Notes under the pieces: generated by a model
What the model was told of the DNA's origin: nothing
Seen by the model: the letters and a program-made list of their open reading frames with translations, nothing else
The model's database searches: none
NCBI GenBank assembly: GCA_902784065.1
Contig: CACZTJ010000032.1
Span: 61-64,060, forward strand
DNA: 64,000 nucleotides
Reading direction: 5' to 3'
From: an uncultured Prevotellaceae bacterium
GTDB lineage: Bacteria; Bacteroidota; Bacteroidia; Bacteroidales; Bacteroidaceae
Made by a program: the position numbers and the translations under genes
In this document: piece after piece, positions 40,436 to 50,749 of the stretch
Layout of the letters: every line of letters starts with the position of its first letter
Position numbering within the stretch: the first letter of the stretch is position 1

Positions 40436-40682
40436 AAAAAAACGCTGCGAAATTACACTTTTTATTTTAATTGACCAAATATTTGAGCAGAAATTCACTA
40501 AAATAAAGCATTTTCTTTCATTTTGTCAACTCTGCATGTCAGTTCCTTAACAACTTTGCTGCAAATTTACAAAGAATCTCCGATATACACAAACCTTTAG
40601 CCAAGTTTAACGCAGACATTTTCTCACCTTTGTTTGGGCAGTTGGATGAAAATGCGTAAATTTGCATCATGAAACAATATGC

Positions 40683-41054
40683 ATGATGAAAATGAAGCAC
40701 GAAATAATCATCTCTATCGCCTCGAACGAGAACCAAGAGGCCAATCTGGCAAAGGCAAGGGAATTGTTGAAGACAATCATTCCGGAGCTGACATTTACCC
40801 ATGAGTTGTGGACAGAACCTGTCAACACAACAAGGAAAAGTATGTATCTGAACCAGCTTTGTAAAGGCGTGACAGAACTAGGGCCAAATCTACTCAGCGA
40901 AGTATTGAAGGAGACAGAAATGCGACTGGGGCGCAGACATAATGAAGACGGAATTGTGGTCATTGACCTCGATCTTCTGCAATATGATAAAGAGCGCTTT
41001 CATATCAAAGACTGGGAACGTAACTATGTAAAGGATTTGATGAAAGAATTATGA
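40683..41054 (+). CDS. folK: HPPK-like protein (6-hydroxymethyl-7,8-dihydropterin pyrophosphokinase)
   Basis: ISIASN, TEP, YLNQ, E..LGR, IDLDLL. Confidence 0.7.
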   Translation: MMKMKHEIIISIASNENQEANLAKARELLKTIIPELTFTHELWTEPVNTTRKSMYLNQLCKGVTELGPNLLSEVLKETEMRLGRRHNEDGIVVIDLDLLQYDKERFHIKDWERNYVKDLMKEL

Positions 41055-42298
41055 GAAAAGTTTTGGTTATCAGCTGTTTATTGTTTTTAAATCAGCTATC
41101 TTTTGCGCAATCTTTTGAGGATTATTTTGATGATCGCACCTTGCGACTTGACTATTCGTTTGCAGGCGACAATGAGCAGTCGAACATCTATGTTGATGAG
41201 CTCGTCGCCCTACCTCATTGGTATGGGAAGCGTCATTATCTTAACGAGGTGCTTTTGAGAGGCAATGGTCAGATTATCGTGCGACCTCACGCCAAGCAAG
41301 AAATCATCTACCGCCATTCCTTCTCAACGCTTTTCCAGGAATGGTTGGCAACAGAGGAAGCCAAGCATACCAAGAAGTCGTTCGAAAACGTCTTTCTTGT
41401 ACCATTCCCAAAAGACACAGTAGATATCACTGTGGAGCTTTATGATTATCACAATGAAACAACTGTTTCCATGACTCATACTGTTGTTCCCACAGATATT
41501 CTGATCCGTAAGGCAGGGGAACGAGATGTGACACCTTATGAGGTATTGCATCAAGCAGCAGACACCTCTCGATGCATACATATTGCCTTTGTAGCAGAGG
41601 GCTATACAACCGGAGAGATGGATCACTATCTGGATGATTGTAAAAAAGCGATTGGTTCACTTTTCAATCATGAGCCATTCAAGTCTTTGCAAGACCGATT
41701 CAACATCATTGCCCTTAAGTCGGTATCAGAAGATTCAGGCACCAGTGAACCCTCGAAGGGAATCTGGAAACATACAGCCCTCGGCTCACACTTCGATACC
41801 TTTTATAGCGATCGCTATCTGACCACATTACATCTTAAACAGTTACACAATCTCCTGGCTGGTACACCTTATGAACATATTATTATCCTCGTCAATACAG
41901 AGCACTATGGTGGAGGCGGTATCTATAACTCCTATAACCTCTGCTATACTGGAGGGAAACATTTCTTGCCTGTTGTGGTGCATGAGTTTGGTCATTCCTT
42001 TGGAGGTCTGGGCGATGAGTATGCTTACGGCGACAATGATCCGATGTATTTTGCCGATACAGAACCCTGGGAGCCAAACCTGACTACTAAATGCGATTTC
42101 AGCATGAAGTGGGAGAATTTGGTGAAAGAAGGTAAGGCGGGGCTCATTGAAGGCGGCGGCTATCTGATTCATGGTGTATGGCGGGGATTTGAAAATTGTC
42201 GTATGCGCACTAACGAAGAGCCAGAGTTCTGTCTCGTCTGTCGTCAGGCTCTCTGCCGTCTTATTGATTTCTATACTCAAACAAGCGCAAAGGAATGA
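41051..42298 (+). CDS. M64 family metallopeptidase
   Basis: TLRLDY, AEGYT, HEFGHSFGGLGDEY, CRMR...FC.VC. Confidence 0.9.
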   Translation: MRKVLVISCLLFLNQLSFAQSFEDYFDDRTLRLDYSFAGDNEQSNIYVDELVALPHWYGKRHYLNEVLLRGNGQIIVRPHAKQEIIYRHSFSTLFQEWLATEEAKHTKKSFENVFLVPFPKDTVDITVELYDYHNETTVSMTHTVVPTDILIRKAGERDVTPYEVLHQAADTSRCIHIAFVAEGYTTGEMDHYLDDCKKAIGSLFNHEPFKSLQDRFNIIALKSVSEDSGTSEPSKGIWKHTALGSHFDTFYSDRYLTTLHLKQLHNLLAGTPYEHIIILVNTEHYGGGGIYNSYNLCYTGGKHFLPVVVHEFGHSFGGLGDEYAYGDNDPMYFADTEPWEPNLTTKCDFSMKWENLVKEGKAGLIEGGGYLIHGVWRGFENCRMRTNEEPEFCLVCRQALCRLIDFYTQTSAKE

Positions 42299-43089
42299 TA
42301 TAAGAAATAACATCCCTCTCCGACCCTCGCTTGGCTGTTTTCGCCTCACTCACTGAAGCACAGCTGCGTAATCGTCTGGATCCGACACGTGGTATCTTCA
42401 TTGCGGAAAGTCCAAAGGTGATTCGTGTAGCGATGCAGGCAGGCTATGAACCTCAGGCACTATTATGTGAGCGCAAGCATATCACGGGTGATGCTGCAGA
42501 TATTATTGCCAAATGTGGGGATATTCCTATATATACAGGTGAACGTGAACTGTTGGCTCAGCTCACAGGCTACACCTTGACAAGAGGTGTGCTATGTGCG
42601 ATGCATCGTCGCCCGGAACCTTCCGTTGCAGAGGTTGTCGGTCAGGCACGAAGAATTGTAGTCATCGATGGTGTTGTGGATACTACGAACATCGGTGCAA
42701 TCTTCCGTTCTGCTGCAGCCTTAGGCATCGATGCTGTTCTGCTTACAAGAAACGCTTGTGATCCTTTGAACCGCAGGGCTGTGCGCGTTTCAATGGGTAG
42801 TGTTTTTCTCGTTCCATGGACTTGGCTCGACGATTACAAGACGCTTCACGATCTGGGGTTCAAAACTGCCGCTATGGCATTAACCGACAATTCTATCGCT
42901 CTTGACGATCAACGCCTTAAAGCTATAGAGAAACTTGCTATCATTATGGGAACAGAAGGTGACGGTCTGCCCGCTCAAACCATCAGTGATGCAGACTATG
43001 TCATCCGCATTCCAATGTCACACCAAGTAGATTCACTGAATGTTGCTGCTGCAGCTTCGGTAGCCTTCTGGGAATTAGCTCGCAAATAA
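42295..43089 (+). CDS. TrmH/SpoU family RNA methyltransferase (TAA at codon 3 from the natural-looking ATG; TTG restart at 42331)
   Basis: NIGAIFRSAAALG, GTEGDGL, IPM...DSLNVAAA. Confidence 0.88.
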
Positions 43090-43109
43090 AGATCAGAAAA
43101 GCTTAGCTA

Positions 43110-44057
43110 TTATAAGTCATTGATTGTATCTGCATAAATGGCAGTAGCCTCCGGGCCTCGTTCATCATCAGTCATATCAATCTTCGGATGTATCTCCAGA
43201 GGTTCCAAATTGATACCTACACGATTCAGGTTCTGGTTGGTGTATGTGAGCTGGGCTCCGAACAGACAGATAGTCCATGAGAACTGTACCCAAAGCATAA
43301 ACAAAGGCAGAGCTGCAAATGATCCATAGATGGCGTTGTAACCTGTCACCCAGATCTGCGCATGGATATAGACCAACTGTAAAATCTGCATCGCGAAACC
43401 CGCTAAAATACCAGGTGCAATGGCACACGACAACTTGACTTTAGTATTCGGCATATAAACATAGAGCACCACAAACAACACCGAAAGAAGAATAAAAGGT
43501 GAGAAATCAAGCAGTTTACTTACCGCAGGTCCCAACAGGATAAAATCCTCCACCTTATCAGCAATGGTTGCCATAAAGATGGAAAGACCCGTTGACACAA
43601 TAATAATGATGGGGAAAAGCAGAAACATCGCCAGATAGTTTGTCAGAGAACGCATGATCGGGCGCGTGTTGCTGACCTGCCAGATCTGATTGAATGTCTC
43701 CTCAATATTACTCAACAGCATCAAGACGGTATAAAGCATGAAGATCAAACCGATACCAAGGAAGACACCACTACGAATATGCACTAGGTAACTGTTCACA
43801 AATCCCACAATAACAGCAGCCGCCTCTGGCTGTGACGACAGTGTATTTAGGAACCACATTTCAATGTATTTACTATATCCGAATCCTCTGGAAATGGCAA
43901 ACACCACAGCCAAGACGGGGACCAGAGCTAACAGTGAAGAATATGTCAAAGCGGCAGCCTCAGCCATTACCCGCTTCTCAGTAAAGAAACGGACTGTCAG
44001 AATCATCTTCCGCACCACCTGTTTGATTAAAGCTCCACTAACCACACTCAATATCAA
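43110..44057 (-). CDS. YihY/BrkB family membrane protein
   Basis: AAALTYSSLLALVP, IEETFNQIW, YNAIYGSFAALP. Confidence 0.9.
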   Translation of the reverse strand: MILSVVSGALIKQVVRKMILTVRFFTEKRVMAEAAALTYSSLLALVPVLAVVFAISRGFGYSKYIEMWFLNTLSSQPEAAAVIVGFVNSYLVHIRSGVFLGIGLIFMLYTVLMLLSNIEETFNQIWQVSNTRPIMRSLTNYLAMFLLFPIIIIVSTGLSIFMATIADKVEDFILLGPAVSKLLDFSPFILLSVLFVVLYVYMPNTKVKLSCAIAPGILAGFAMQILQLVYIHAQIWVTGYNAIYGSFAALPLFMLWVQFSWTICLFGAQLTYTNQNLNRVGINLEPLEIHPKIDMTDDERGPEATAIYADTINDL

Positions 44058-44063
44058 TTAAAA

Positions 44064-44366
44064 GAAAGCACTGTCCCTATAAGCCGGGTTCTGTACCACC
44101 CGAGGTGGCGTCTGTCATTTATCTAGTCTATGAGTCACCCCATAGCTCAAGCGTTCTACCCTCCATCGTAAATCGAGCGGGCAACCCTCAGACGACGGTT
44201 TACGCGAACTTGCAGCCCCCAGCAGACACAGCCCGATGATCACCCACCGGCTGGTGGTCTCTTACACCACCTTCTCACCCTACTTTCAGAAGTGGGGTAC
44301 CCTATGCTGCCCGGACTTTCCTCTCGTACCAAGATGGCACCAGCGGCAGACCGTGACAGTGCTTTC
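44064..44366 (-). ncRNA. rnpB: RNase P RNA (type A), with an apparent internal deletion
   Basis: GAGGAAAGTCCGGGC and ACAGAACCCGGCTTA conserved motifs; P1 GAAAGCACTGTC/GACAGTGCTTTC. Confidence 0.93.
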
Positions 44367-44660
44367 GGTTGCAAAGTTAAACTATTTATTTGGAAAATCG
44401 AAAATAAAAGTCAGAAAAAGTGGGTATAATTAAATATTTGCAACTAAAACAAACCAAAAACCTTAATTTTGTCAGTAATTTAAGATTTAAACTGTTAATC
44501 GCAAATGCCCGTTAAGCATCTGACCACAATTGTTAAATTGGGACAAATATTCACGACATTTTGTCAGTAAACCAATTTTTGCCCCTATCTTTGCACCATC
44601 AAATTGTGTGTGAATTAATGCAGCCTAGCTGCCAATGTTGAATTAAATACATTATATAAA

Positions 44661-46154
44661 ATGAATAAGAATATGAAAAAGATTGTAAATGTAGCAACAC
44701 CAGCCGTATGCGTTGTTGCTTTAGTTCTTTCTGTAGCTGCCATCACAAACACAAAGGCTGCTACAGCTCCTGCTCCCGTCGTAGCTTCAGCTCCTGCCGG
44801 ACAACCTGTCGATCTAACTTATGCTGCAGAGAAGGCACTCCCATCAGTAGTGTATATTAAATCTGTGCAGAACTCAAAGATCCAAACTGTTGAATACAAC
44901 GATCCATTCGAGGATTTCTTCTCAGATCCCTTTGGTGGATTCTTTGGCCGCGGGCAAGGAAATAACGGCAAGCGCCAACGTCAGGTACAGACTCCTAAGC
45001 GTGCAGCAGCAGGTTCAGGTGTCATCATCTCTGCCGACGGTTATATTGTCACCAACAACCACGTTGTAGATGGTGCTGACGAATTGACAGTAAGTTTGAC
45101 AGACAATAAAGAATATTCTGCACGTGTAATCGGTGCCGATAAAACAACCGACCTTGCACTCATCAAGATTGACGGCAAAAATCTGCCTGCCATCACCATT
45201 GCTAATAGCGATGATGTTCGTGTCGGTGAATGGGTCCTCGCCGTAGGTAATCCTCTCGGACTAAACAACACAGTCACCGCAGGTATCATTTCAGCCAAAG
45301 CCCGTACACTTGGTGCCAATGGCGTAGAATCGTTTATCCAGACCGATGCTGCCATCAATCAGGGTAACTCTGGTGGTGCACTTGTCAACACACGCGGCGA
45401 GCTCGTAGGTATCAATGCAATGTTGTATTCTCAGACTGGTTCAAATATCGGTTACGGTTTTGCCATCCCCACCACTATTATGAATAAGGTGGTAGATGAT
45501 CTCAAGCAGTTTGGTAATGTGCAGCGTGCCATGATCGGTATTCAGGGTACAGACGTTAAGAACTTCGTTGATGCTGAGAAAGAGAAAGATAAGGAAGTTG
45601 ATCTCGGTACGATGGAAGGTATCTATGTGGCTAAGGTTGTTGAAGATGGTGCAGCTGAGGCAGCTGGTCTGAAGGAAGGTGATGTGATTACCGCAGTCGA
45701 TGGTCAGAAAGTCACCAAGTTCGGTGAGCTTCAGGGTATTCTTGCCAAGAAGCGTCCTGGCGATAAGGTTAGCCTGACCTATCTGCGCAACAAAAAGAGT
45801 CACACTGTAAGTGCTACACTGAAGAATGAGCAAGGTAACACAAAGGTGGTAAAGAATGCCGACCTTGATGTATTGGGTGGTAGTTTCCGCGCCATCACAG
45901 ATGCCCAGAAGGAGCAGCTCAATATCGGTTATGGTCTTGAAGTGATGAAGATAAGTGGTGGAAAACTGAAGGATGCTGGTGTACCTAAGGGATTCGTCAT
46001 CCAGAAGGTTAATGATCAGAGTATCAAGACAATTGACGATCTTCAGAATGTAGTCAAGGAAGCATCTACCAGTAAGGAGCCTGTACTCTATATTCAGGGT
46101 ATTTATCCGACTGGCAAGAAAGGCTATTTCGCAGTACCTTTGCAGAACGAATAA
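44661..46154 (+). CDS. htrA: Do/HtrA serine protease with PDZ domains
   Basis: GSGVII, TNNHVV, DLAL, QTDAAINQGNSGG. Confidence 0.95.
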   Translation: MNKNMKKIVNVATPAVCVVALVLSVAAITNTKAATAPAPVVASAPAGQPVDLTYAAEKALPSVVYIKSVQNSKIQTVEYNDPFEDFFSDPFGGFFGRGQGNNGKRQRQVQTPKRAAAGSGVIISADGYIVTNNHVVDGADELTVSLTDNKEYSARVIGADKTTDLALIKIDGKNLPAITIANSDDVRVGEWVLAVGNPLGLNNTVTAGIISAKARTLGANGVESFIQTDAAINQGNSGGALVNTRGELVGINAMLYSQTGSNIGYGFAIPTTIMNKVVDDLKQFGNVQRAMIGIQGTDVKNFVDAEKEKDKEVDLGTMEGIYVAKVVEDGAAEAAGLKEGDVITAVDGQKVTKFGELQGILAKKRPGDKVSLTYLRNKKSHTVSATLKNEQGNTKVVKNADLDVLGGSFRAITDAQKEQLNIGYGLEVMKISGGKLKDAGVPKGFVIQKVNDQSIKTIDDLQNVVKEASTSKEPVLYIQGIYPTGKKGYFAVPLQNE

Positions 46155-46169
46155 ACGAAAAATCATGAA

Positions 46170-46206
46170 AAAAGCCACGAAGATGCAAATTCGTGGCTTT
46201 TTTTTT
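46170..46206 (+). terminator. Intrinsic terminator
   Basis: AAAAGCCACGAA...TTCGTGGCTTTTTTT. Confidence 0.8.
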
Positions 46207-46262
46207 GGTTGTTTCAAGAAAATGTTCTACTTTTGCAGTCAAGCTAAAAAAACGGAACTATC

Positions 46263-47123
46263 ATGAGACAACTTAAAATCACTAAATCTATCACCAACCG
46301 TGAGAGCGCCTCCCTTGAAAAATATCTTCAAGAGATAGGTAAGGAGGAAATGCTAACGGCTGAGGAAGAAGTTGAACTCGCACAGCTCATTAAGGCCGGT
46401 GACCAAAAAGCGTTGGAAAGGCTCACACGAGCCAACCTCCGTTTTGTAGTATCTGTAGCTAAGCAGTATCAGAATCAGGGTATCACCCTGAGCGATCTCA
46501 TCAACGAAGGTAATCTGGGGCTGCTTAAGGCTGCAGAGCGTTTCGATGAGACACGCGGATTTAAGTTTATCTCCTATGCTGTATGGTGGATCCGTCAGAG
46601 TATCCTGCAAGCTATCTCAGAACAGAGCCGTATTGTAAGGCTCCCGCTCAACCAAGTAGGTTCCGTCAACAAGATTAATCGTGAGATTAGCAAGTTTGAA
46701 CAGGTTAATGAGCGTCGTCCTTCAGTGGATGAGATAGCGGATAATATAGACTTGCCACAGGATAAGATTGACGAGGCCATGAATATCAGTGGGCGTCATG
46801 TATCCGTAGATGCACCTTTTTCTGGTGATGAGGATAGTAATCTGCTCGATGTTCTGATCAACGATGACAATCCCACAACAGATATGTCCCTCGTTGAAGA
46901 GTCTCTCAAATCGGAGATACAAGAGGCACTTAATGTGCTTAACGAACGTGAGCGGAGTATCATCAAGGCCTCTTATGGTATTAACGAGGCAGAGCTTACG
47001 CTTGAGGAGATTGGTGAGAAATACGGACTTTCGCGCGAACGCGTTCGTCAGATCAAGGAGAAAGCTATCCGCAAGCTCCGAACAAGTACAAAGAATAAAA
47101 TATTAAAAACGTATTTAGGATAA
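46263..47123 (+). CDS. rpoD: RpoD/SigA-family sigma-70 factor (Bacteroidetes type, no region 1.1)
   Basis: [48 protein letters not shown]. Confidence 0.9.
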   Translation: MRQLKITKSITNRESASLEKYLQEIGKEEMLTAEEEVELAQLIKAGDQKALERLTRANLRFVVSVAKQYQNQGITLSDLINEGNLGLLKAAERFDETRGFKFISYAVWWIRQSILQAISEQSRIVRLPLNQVGSVNKINREISKFEQVNERRPSVDEIADNIDLPQDKIDEAMNISGRHVSVDAPFSGDEDSNLLDVLINDDNPTTDMSLVEESLKSEIQEALNVLNERERSIIKASYGINEAELTLEEIGEKYGLSRERVRQIKEKAIRKLRTSTKNKILKTYLG

Positions 47124-47555
47124 ATGAAATTCATTAGACACATTTCCCTTGCTGCAGTACTGATAGCAGCTTTGGCTTACGTGCCCTCTTTAGCCCAAAA
47201 TCGTGTAGTGCCCAAAGCATACATGTTTGGATTTGTCGCTTCATTTAATGACTCCATCATTTTCTTCACAGATATTCAGGAAGTTGATAGTGTATGGTTG
47301 ATGCCCAAGAAGAAAATACTTGCAGGCCGCAGTAATTACTCATATCAACTGCGTAATTTCTGTGCCGATGCTCTTGGTTTAAAGAATCGCACAGTTGTGG
47401 TAGTATCCTCTCTCAATCGTAAAGATATTGAGAAGAAATATGCCAAGATGAAAAAAGACTATATTGTAAAGTATGCCGGCAAATACGATGTTCACTACAT
47501 TGACGCAACAGAATTCCGTTTCACCCCAGTAAATATGGAAAATAGTAAAAAATGA
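47124..47555 (+). CDS. Hypothetical secreted protein
   Basis: Signal peptide; YMFGF.ASFNDS motif. Confidence 0.7.
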   Translation: MKFIRHISLAAVLIAALAYVPSLAQNRVVPKAYMFGFVASFNDSIIFFTDIQEVDSVWLMPKKKILAGRSNYSYQLRNFCADALGLKNRTVVVVSSLNRKDIEKKYAKMKKDYIVKYAGKYDVHYIDATEFRFTPVNMENSKK

Positions 47556-47929
47556 AAAAGTTTATATTCGTCATCTTGTTTTTATTAGCGCTGGGTGTAG
47601 TACTTGTGGCAACATGTCCTGATCGTACAGCTCATCGCGAAGCCATTAAAGGTATTATTTCCGAAGTTGTTAACTCTGAAATGAATAAGAATCCTCTTGG
47701 CAGTACAGAGATTATTTCCATTGGTACAGTCTTCACCATGGATCTTGTAGATGCCTATCTCAAATCAAATCTGATGATTAAGGATCACACTTTATTCAAC
47801 ATCGGGTATGTTACCTATAAAGACGACTTTAAAGTTGTTTCTTTCGGCATTCTCAATCATGTCTTCACCATCGACGAAGAAACGGCAAGACAGCTGATAA
47901 AAGAAAAGATGGCTATTCCATTTAAATAA
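47552..47929 (+). CDS. Hypothetical membrane-anchored protein (DUF4359-like)
   Basis: TM helix followed by TCP....H; C-terminal SFGILNHVF. Confidence 0.6.
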   Translation: MKKFIFVILFLLALGVVLVATCPDRTAHREAIKGIISEVVNSEMNKNPLGSTEIISIGTVFTMDLVDAYLKSNLMIKDHTLFNIGYVTYKDDFKVVSFGILNHVFTIDEETARQLIKEKMAIPFK

Positions 47930-47947
47930 GTATATTCGAATAGAAAG

Positions 47948-48098
47948 AAAAAGGGAACCTTCTCAGGCTCCCTTTTTTTGAACCATTCGCATTACAAATA
48001 AAACGTTTTGTATTGCGCATGGAGTTCGAATAGTACTTATCTCGCGATAAATAAGATCCATTAATTAACCTTAATAATCTAATACCATGAAAAACACG
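47948..48098 (-). ncRNA. Putative sRNA C
   Basis: -7 box TAAATTTG (48102-48109); begins GTGTTTTTCATGGTATTAGATTATTAAGGTTAA like sRNA D; terminator 47948-47980. Confidence 0.6.
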
Positions 48099-48145
48099 AT
48101 GCAAATTTAGGGATTTTTTCCAAAAACTGCACATTTGTTATCACA

Positions 48146-48652
48146 TTAGATTCTATTATTAACTTTATTTAAATGTTCATCGTCCCATTTAAGAATCGTT
48201 TGCAACTTCATACCATCTATCCGCTGCTGTTGGATTTCGTTTAGCGGTGGATCGGGAATCGGATGCCAATCGATTGTGAAATAGTGGACCATCGTCTCAC
48301 CATATACAGAATCAGCCAAGAAAGTCTCTCCCACTACAATCACCTGATGCACACTGTCAAGTGGTTCTGGCAACGTAAGCAAAAGAATATCAACTCGCAT
48401 TGCAGGACTCACCTGCAGGGAAAGGCTGTCATCAGTGAGGACTGTCATCAGACTTGTACCACCTAAACGATTCTTTACCTCCGCCTTCATTCCAGCATCG
48501 TGGAAATCGAGGAAATCGAGGCGATTATTCTGTGTGAGTGTAGGCAATAATGAGTCTGGCATCTGGCGGAAAGCATCACGTATGGTAATGCTTTCGCCAG
48601 CTTTTACAGTCAGACTTAAAGCCAAACAGAGGGTTATGACAGCAAGTCTCAT
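48146..48652 (-). CDS. DUF3256-like secreted protein
   Basis: MPDSLLPTL..NNRLDFLDF; FTIDW. Confidence 0.7.
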   Translation of the reverse strand: MRLAVITLCLALSLTVKAGESITIRDAFRQMPDSLLPTLTQNNRLDFLDFHDAGMKAEVKNRLGGTSLMTVLTDDSLSLQVSPAMRVDILLLTLPEPLDSVHQVIVVGETFLADSVYGETMVHYFTIDWHPIPDPPLNEIQQQRIDGMKLQTILKWDDEHLNKVNNRI

Positions 48653-49989
48653 CCGCGTGAGGGTCTAAGGTCTTTCACACGTACAGCCTTACCATCAGAG
48701 ACAGGCAGACTACCCTTCTTGACAAGTTTGACAACAGGTGTAAGAAGAATTTCTTCCTTCAATGCCCGCGTGATATTCTTCGTCATCTTCTGAATCTCAG
48801 GATAGATATCAGTCTCCAATCCTTCGAGTTCAACCTCGACAGTCATTACGTCAACATCATCGATGGTCTCAAGAGTGATAAGATAGTTACTACCTAATCC
48901 CGGATACTGTACCAGAATCTTCTCTACCTGCATCGGGAATACATTCACACCCTTGATGATGAACATATCATCAGTACGTCCCTTGATACGATCAATACGA
49001 CGATGCGTACGTCCACACTTGCACTCACCGGGGATAATACGTGTCAAATCACGCGTACGATATCTTAATATAGGCATCATGGTACGGTCGAGTGTGGTGA
49101 GCACCATCTCTCCCATCTCACCATCAGGAACAGGCTCCAGTGTGTCAGGATCAACTATCTCAACGATATAATTATCTTCCCAGAGATGCATACCATCCTG
49201 ATACTTACACTCAAAAGCTACACCAGGACCATTCATCTCTGTCATTCCAAATGAGTTATAGGCTTTCACACCCAACATCTTTTCAATTCGGCGACGCTGT
49301 TCCTCTGTATGAGGCTCTGCTCCGATAAAGAGTGTATGAAGTTTTGTATTCTTAATGTCAATACCCTCTTCTTTAATCACCTCAGCCAAACGGATAGCGT
49401 AAGAAGGAATTGCATGCAGACAGGTGGTACCGAAATCCGTGATAAATTTGATTTGACGCTTAGTGAAACCAGAGCCGGCAGGTAAGGTCATACAACCAAG
49501 CCACTCAGCACCATATTGGAATCCAAGACCACCCGTAAACATACCATAACCGCTGGAATTCTGGAAGACATCTTCCTTACGGCACCCCACCATATACATG
49601 TTACGGGCAATCATATTAGCCCATGAACAGATGTCATGCTCAGAATAGACCACCACCGTTGGTTGGCCAGTGGTACCACTTGAGGAATGCAGACGAACCG
49701 CCTCATTCATATTACCTCCTACCAATCCAAAAGGATAACTTGAACGAAGATCAGCCTTAGTGGTAAAGGGAATCTTACGAATGTCCTCAGGCGTGTTGAT
49801 GGAATCTGCCGTAATACCTAACTCGCCTAAGCGCTTCTTGTAAAACGGTGAATTCAGACAAACATTGATTGTCTCCTTCAATTTTTTAACTTGCAACTGT
49901 CTGAGCTGCTCACGTGGCATTTTTTCAATTTCCGGCTGCCAACACTCACCGTCAGGCTTAATAGTTGCCAAAATTTTCTCGTCAGTCAT
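48649..49989 (-). CDS. paaK: Phenylacetate-CoA ligase family
   Basis: HSSSGTTG, YGMFTGGLG, RYRTRD, GRTDDM..IKGVNVFP. Confidence 0.92.
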   Translation of the reverse strand: MTDEKILATIKPDGECWQPEIEKMPREQLRQLQVKKLKETINVCLNSPFYKKRLGELGITADSINTPEDIRKIPFTTKADLRSSYPFGLVGGNMNEAVRLHSSSGTTGQPTVVVYSEHDICSWANMIARNMYMVGCRKEDVFQNSSGYGMFTGGLGFQYGAEWLGCMTLPAGSGFTKRQIKFITDFGTTCLHAIPSYAIRLAEVIKEEGIDIKNTKLHTLFIGAEPHTEEQRRRIEKMLGVKAYNSFGMTEMNGPGVAFECKYQDGMHLWEDNYIVEIVDPDTLEPVPDGEMGEMVLTTLDRTMMPILRYRTRDLTRIIPGECKCGRTHRRIDRIKGRTDDMFIIKGVNVFPMQVEKILVQYPGLGSNYLITLETIDDVDVMTVEVELEGLETDIYPEIQKMTKNITRALKEEILLTPVVKLVKKGSLPVSDGKAVRVKDLRPSRG

Positions 49990-50014
49990 ATTATTATATT
50001 ATTATGTTGTTATT

Positions 50015-50734
50015 TTATCTTTGTTTTGCAAGATGCATCATCATTACTGCAGCAAGACCAGCTGTCTCAGTGCGCAGGCGACTACGTCCAAGATCCACAG
50101 AGACAAATCCTGCATCAACAGCCTGACGAACCTCCTCGATGGAGAAGTCACCCTCAGGTCCCACCAACACCAAGGCATCGTCACTATTCTGCTGGCTCAG
50201 TTGATCGAAAAGATTCACACGGGGGATCTCATCATAACAATGGGCAATATAGCGTGGTCCTTCCATATGGGCGGCAATAAATTTCTTGAAATTCATCATC
50301 TCATGAAGTTCGGGTTTCCAGGCCTTACGACTCTGTTTAACAGCAGAAACCACAATCTTTTCAAGACGCGGAAGCTTAAGCAACTTTCGCTCAGAGAATG
50401 CACAATTCAGGAACGACACTTCGTCAATACCCACTTCTGTTGCCTTTTCAAGCATCCATTCGATACGATCAAGCATCTTCGTGGGTGCGATGGCTAAATG
50501 CAGACGCCCATGCCACTGAGGTTCCTGAGGCAAAGTTTCAAGAATCTCATAGTAACAATTACGCGTAGCAGCAATCGTCACCTGTGCCCGATAAAAGCAA
50601 CCTTCACCATCCATCAGAAAGAGTTCATCGCCACCTTTCAGTCTGAGCACACGCATCGCATGCATCGCCTCTTCTTGTGGCAACTCCTGTTGATGAGCAG
50701 CATCAGGTACAAAAAAGTATCTTGTTTCTTTCAT
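50015..50734 (-). CDS. rsmE: 16S rRNA m3U1498 methyltransferase
   Basis: HAMRVLR, EKATEVG, VGPEGDFS, LG..RLRTETAG. Confidence 0.95.
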   Translation of the reverse strand: MKETRYFFVPDAAHQQELPQEEAMHAMRVLRLKGGDELFLMDGEGCFYRAQVTIAATRNCYYEILETLPQEPQWHGRLHLAIAPTKMLDRIEWMLEKATEVGIDEVSFLNCAFSERKLLKLPRLEKIVVSAVKQSRKAWKPELHEMMNFKKFIAAHMEGPRYIAHCYDEIPRVNLFDQLSQQNSDDALVLVGPEGDFSIEEVRQAVDAGFVSVDLGRSRLRTETAGLAAVMMMHLAKQR

Positions 50735-50749
50735 CTTTATATGAAGATT

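Noticed and set aside
39395..40498. ORF-track N-terminus [11 protein letters not shown]... for SerC
   Set aside because: It translates promoter/UTR sequence fused to the gene at the junction; not SerC-like.
47922..48134. 70-aa ORF on the minus strand
   Set aside because: It spans the promoter and terminator of putative sRNA C and has no protein features.
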